This document shows, one piece after another, positions 59,404-64,000 of a stretch of DNA of 64,000 nt. How positions within the stretch are numbered: position 1 is the stretch's first letter; every line of letters starts with the position of its first letter. This DNA comes from Rebecca billardiae RCC1528 (Eukaryota; Protista; Haptophyta). A program made the translations under genes and the position numbers. The notes under the pieces are model-generated. The model did no database searches, was not told the origin of the DNA, and worked only from the letters and a program-made list of their open reading frames with translations. The stretch is from the NCBI GenBank assembly GCA_965240325.2, contig OZ251236.1, positions 1,612,001-1,676,000 of the forward strand. The letters run 5' to 3'.

Positions 59404-61780
59404 GGCCCGCGGTGCAGGGCGGAGCGCGTAGCGTGGAGCCCCGCCGGGGGCCCTCACTACGTTGTCAAAAAGATCTTTTGATCAAAGAAAAGGGGATGGG
59501 GGACGATTTTGAGGGCTGTTGGAGGGTGAGTTTTCGATTTTTCGAGGGGTACGTTGGCCCATGGGCATAGTGCTCTGCATTAGCAACTACGCGCTTGACG
59601 AAATAAGCGCGCCCACGCCATTCCGCATAAGTCGATGGACGGACGTGGGATCAGATACCCCGGGGGTGAAACAAGTGAGTATTTTTGTCCTTCTTGTATG
59701 CTGGAGTACGAGTTTGCCGAGCGACGTTTGATTGTTTTGGGTCGAAAACAGCTATGAGGCCAGATTCTTTTGAATAGCGCTTGCGAAAAGAAGTTACCCG
59801 CCTGTCTCGATGGATGAACCGCCTCATGGTATTGAAAGAGATTCTTTTGAATAGCGCTTTTAAACCAAGTTACCCACCTGTCTCGTTGGATGAACCTCAT
59901 CATCATATTGAAGAGATTCTTTTGAATCAGAGCGCTATTTAAAGCCAGTTACCCGCTTGCCTCGATGGATGAACCGCCTTGATAATATTGAAAGATATTC
60001 TTTTGACGAATAGCGCTTGTCACAACCAAGTTACCCGCCTGTCAGCTGTCTGTCTCGTGCTCGCGAGCGGCGCGACGACATCGGCCCGAGCGAGGATGCC
60101 GCCTTCAAAGGCGCGCACCGAGTGCGTGCGCGACGGGTACCGGCCGGCCGCTGGTCTCGACCTATCGCCCTCGGCCCTCCCCGAGCGCGCCTGCAGGTAC
60201 CTCCGGACGCGCATTCGGCTTGCTCACTCGATCAGCTCACTCACAGCTGCCGGTCACGCAGCCGCGCGGCGGCCCCGCGACCCGAGGTCCGCGGCCCAAA
60301 GTGTGTGTGCGCGCCGCGCCGGTGCCCTCGCGCCGGTGGCGTGGGCTGGCTGGCCGCTGGTCTCGCCCACGCGCCCCACTCGCCCCAAGCGCGCAACGCC
60401 TGCGGGAAGCGCCGGCACCATACCTACCTAACCTGCGCGTCGACGCCCGTCCCGCCGCGAGGCCCGCGCCTCGATCGATCGTCGATCGGACCGCGTGCGT
60501 GCGACTCCGTCCGCGCCCGCGCGCAGGGTGGGAGGGGCTGATGCAGGAGCAGATGCAGGACTACCTCGAAATTGCACGCGACGAGGAGGTGCCCAGCGCG
60601 CACTTTACGCTGCGCGCATCATCGAGTGGTCGCCCAGCGAGCGCGGCAGCTGGCCACCGGGCCGGCTGACGGCGGGCGCAGCTGCCAGCTGCGGACGCGC
60701 AGCGGGCGCGGAGTGGAAGCCGGCGCAGCGGCCGGGCAGCGGCGGCCGGCGCGGCAGCACGCTCGTATACATCGCGGCAGCTACCGCCGTCGTGCGGGGA
60801 AAGCACACGCTCTCGGCGGCTTCCAAGATGCCGACGGGCCACGGCGTGCACTCCGTGCAGGCTGCGTGCGCGCTGCAGTGGCTGTCTGTGTCGAGCTGCT
60901 GCGGCGTGTGCTCGAGGCGCGGCGCTCGCACGGGCTACGCGGGCGCAGCGGGTGCGCGCAGCTGGCGCACGCAGTGCCACGTCCTGCGGCGCCAGTTTGG
61001 CGGCCGTCCGCCCCCCCGAGCTCGAGTTCTGCGCGCTTTGCGACGGCGCGGCCGGCAGCGCCCATCTGCCTGCTTGCTTGGGCACGCCAGCATGTCCGCC
61101 GCCGGGCCTGCTGCGCGCGCCGAAGCTGGAGGGCGGAGGAGGGCGCTGGGCTGCTCCTACGGCGTGCTGCAGCCCGGGCAGGCTCTACCGCGGCGCGGCG
61201 AGGCCGTCGCGCCTGCTCGCCGCCGTCGAGTCGCCCGTGCTGCGTGACCCTCGGCCGCACGTGCTCGCTCGGCGGCACCGCAGCAGGCGTCCCATACCAG
61301 TATACTCGAGCCGCTGTGCGCACCCAAGGCGCGAGCTGCTCGAGCGGGCCAGGTGGGCCCAGGGGGTGCGTGCAGCTGGCACACGCAGCCCCGGCCCGTG
61401 TCATGGGGTGTCGGTTTGACGGTCGCCAGCCCCTGTGGGCTCGAGCGCTGTGCGCTTCACCACGGAGGTGCTGGCAGCGCCCCGCGGCGCGCAACGGCGG
61501 GGCAGCATGGCCGCCGCCGGCGCCGCCGCACATGCCGCCGCTTACGGGCAGTCGAGAGCTTGGGGCAGCACCTACGGCGCATGCTGCAGCTCGGGGCGGG
61601 CTCTGCCAGCCTGCTGTGGCGTGATCGCGCATTTTCCAGACCGTCGACTCGCCCGCGCTGCATAATATTCCATTATTCGTTTGCCGCGCGTGCTCGACGG
61701 CGCTCCGCGCTGCTGCTGCCGCTACGGCCGCGCGTTGGACGGACAGCATATGCCGACGGAGGGTGCACCGCGGGCCCCTA
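59404..61780. mobile_element. Candidate degenerate element
   Basis: GGCCCGCGGTGCA (59404) is inverted at 61764-76. The right end reads TAGGGG on the minus strand, like the 54527 element. ACTACGTTG occurs at 59456 and 61781. Internal homology to the 57107 element. Confidence 0.35.
59762..60043 (+). repeat. AT-rich minisatellite, about 3.6 copies of a 75-81-bp unit
   Basis: A(G/T)ATTCTTTTGA..AGCGCT..AGTTACCC.C.TG.CTCG.TGGATGAACC starting at 59762, 59839, 59914 and 59995. Confidence 0.9.
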
Positions 61781-61993
61781 ACTACGTTGGTTCTACGGAA
61801 GGACCGCGGAACGCGGTCATATATATGTATATCATCGATCATCTCATCGTCGCGTATCGTAGTATAGTCATATCATCATCATCGTCAGCAGATATATGTC
61901 CGAGGCGTCGCGTCGTACGTCGTCAATATCGATGCTGATCGTCACGTGACGCGCGCGCCGCCTCGTCGTCTCAGTAATAACGCACTACTACTA

Positions 61994-62540
61994 CAGGCAA
62001 TCGCGGGCAATAAGAAGTCAGAGATCTCACGGCTAGTCTCGGTTTCTTAGCCGTTCGGTAGCCCGAGCGCCTACGGAGTCTCAGTTTCTTAGCTAGGTCC
62101 GCCCGCCGCGGAGGCGCGGGGGGCGCAGGGGGGCAGAGCCCGCCCCGCTGAGTCTTTATTTAGGCCCGGCCGGCGAGGCCGAAGAAAATTTTGGGCCATT
62201 TTGGAGCAAGTCTGGCATCAGCATGATGTTGCATGGATGCTGCGGTGCAGTGGCCAGGAGTCAGTCAGGAGAAGTCGGGACTTGGTTGGCCTGTACTCGT
62301 AGTCGGGCCGCGCGCCGCGTCCCACGGGCACTGCGCCTCGGCTGAGTCGGCGGACCACGTCAGCCGCGACGACGAGTAGTCCCGGTTTCTTATTGTGTGA
62401 CGACTATGATGCGTATACGGCGAACCATCCAATCGCTAGTCTCAGTTTCTAGGCCAGATCCGCATTGATAGCAAGCCCCAGTTTCTTAATTCTGCTTGAC
62501 GTGACGACAGCTCGTCCTTAGTATTGCCCGCGATTGCCTG
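61994..62540 (+). mobile_element. About 520-bp MITE, copy 3 (more diverged, lengthened by insertions)
   Basis: Same TIRs and body as the 26187 copy, with many 1-7-nt insertions. Confidence 0.9.
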
Positions 62541-63228
62541 TCGTATAGTCACACGGACGAAGTCTCATGCAGCCGATCAGCAGTTGATGACTCTGCGAGA
62601 CGGGCGGACGGCGGTACGGTCCGAGCCAGCACGCACCGTGTGAGTGACGATGCCGCATACTGCTGTCGATCTGCTAGCTTATTAGATGATGCCAGTGACA
62701 ATAATGATTACGTACGTCATCGTCAATGATCAATGACTGATGGCGGTCGTCACCGAAGGCCTCGTCGAAGTCGAAGACACCGCCAGTCGCGTCTGATGAA
62801 TAAGTGGCGGCGGCGAAGGGCGGCGCTGGACCGCGTACGGTAACGGTGACGGTGTGATAAGTGCAGACGACAATTCCGGCCGCCAGGATCACTGAGGAGC
62901 GGCACGCGTGCTGCTTATGAGCCGATCATCACCCGCGCCGCGATGTCGATGACGATTCGGACGTCTGAGACTCTCAGGATGCAGCGAATGCGGATTCGAT
63001 GACGACGCGAATGTCGTCCGACAATGTCGTCAGCGTCGTCGTCGCGTCTCAGCGCGCGCGCGCAATGATGACAGATGAATGGATGGCCATTGCCAGGTCG
63101 TGCGTCATTACGCGTGCGCGCCGTTGCCGAGCGGTCAGAGAGGGCGGTGGCAGGTGCCGACTGTGCGTCGTGCTCAGCGTGCACCGTGCACGGCGATGCC
63201 CGCGCGGTGGCCGGGCGCTCCGAGTCGC

Positions 63229-64000
63229 TCACGCGCCCGGCGTGCCCGCCGCCTCGGCCGCGCCGTGCGCGTGCACGGCGGAGGGAGAGCGCAGCAGCGA
63301 GAGCGCGCCGAGCACGGAGGAGGGCGGCGCCGGGCGCGTGCCGATCCAGTGCAGCATGTTGGTGCGCGAGTTGCCGTTGTCGAAGAACTTGAGCTGGCCG
63401 AGCTCGCTCAGCGCGCGCGTCGGGTTGAGGATGGCGTGCGCCGCGACCGCAAACCCGGCCCACGCGTCCTGCATCTGCCCCGCGCGCGCTGAGAGCTGCG
63501 CGTACTCCTCGGCCACGTACGCGGCGGGGAGCAGCGCCTCGGTGAAGGGCGTGATGGGCATGATGTTGATGCCGTGCACGTACTCGAGCTCCGCGCCGAA
63601 CCACGTGCCCACGACCACGTCCGTCGCGCCGACCACGCCGACCATGCGCTGGCTCGCGACAAACGCCGGGTCGTAGACGGCGGAGGCGGAGGGCACGTGC
63701 CAGTACCACTGCGCGGCGCGCACCTCGGTCGCGAGGAGCAGCCGCGCCCACGCGCCGAGCTGCGCGTCGCCCATCGCGTCCGCGGCGAGCATCGCGCCGT
63801 AGTACCCGTTCACCGCCTCGGAGGACGACTCCTGCGACTTGCCGTCCGCCATCGGGAAGAGCCCCGACGCCCACGAGTGGCCGTCGTACAGGTCCTTGCA
63901 GCGCGCGACCGGGAACCGAGCGCGGGCCTTGGCGCCGCCGCCGTCGGCGCTCGGCGGGTTGGCGATGTCGCGGATGATGTCGCCGATGGCGGCCTTGTGC
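63229..64000 (-). CDS. Glycoside hydrolase family 81 endo-beta-1,3-glucanase, 3' part (5' end beyond window)
   Basis: IRDIANP..FP..R.KD.YDGHSWASGL, GKSQESSSEAVNGYYG, TWFG...YVHGINIMP.TP, FFDNGNSRTN. Confidence 0.95.
   Translation of the reverse strand, partial: HKAAIGDIIRDIANPPSADGGGAKARARFPVARCKDLYDGHSWASGLFPMADGKSQESSSEAVNGYYGAMLAADAMGDAQLGAWARLLLATEVRAAQWYWHVPSASAVYDPAFVASQRMVGVVGATDVVVGTWFGAELEYVHGINIMPITPFTEALLPAAYVAEEYAQLSARAGQMQDAWAGFAVAAHAILNPTRALSELGQLKFFDNGNSRTNMLHWIGTRPAPPSSVLGALSLLRSPSAVHAHGAAEAAGTPGA

Noticed and set aside
59455-59464. CACTA transposon end (CACTAC)
   Set aside because: No matching inverted terminus was found downstream in the window.
59762-60043. CRISPR-like regular repeats
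   Set aside because: The whole unit is homologous with no unique spacers, there are no cas genes, and the context is eukaryotic.
28056-64000. A glycan biosynthetic gene cluster (sulfotransferase, GT47, GH81)
   Set aside because: The genes are 15 kb or more apart with unrelated genes in between, and such families are commonly expanded in algae.

Overview
Very GC-rich, intron-containing eukaryotic DNA. The short GTGCG...CAG introns, CG-repeat intron bodies and gene content suggest a microalga, most plausibly a haptophyte (inference only). The first 20 kb hold a tandem pair of a giant intronless cell-surface gene: FG-GAP propeller, about 9 kb of SPPP repeats, IPT, REJ, GPS/GAIN, TMs, IQ and EF-hands. 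Only the 3' end of copy 1 is in the window. Next come a cluster of non-autonomous DNA transposons, a type-I membrane protein and a glycosyltransferase-like/sulfotransferase fusion. Then follows a divergent pair of multi-TM proteins that each carry a TIR/HET-like domain visible only after manual splicing; one ends in a C-type lectin domain and the other starts with a PA domain. Further genes encode an NT-C2 protein, a NEK-type kinase, an exostosin GT47, a small Cys-repeat peptide, an SLC9B/NHA antiporter, a CRAL-TRIO protein and a triple-FABP protein. The window ends with more transposons and the 3' part of a GH81 glucanase. Intergenic DNA carries several TA|CAG-ended short elements, nearly all in one orientation. 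The best candidate for a new system is the head-to-head TIR-like receptor pair at 30.5-40.8 kb. All domain calls are by motif recognition; no database searches were run.
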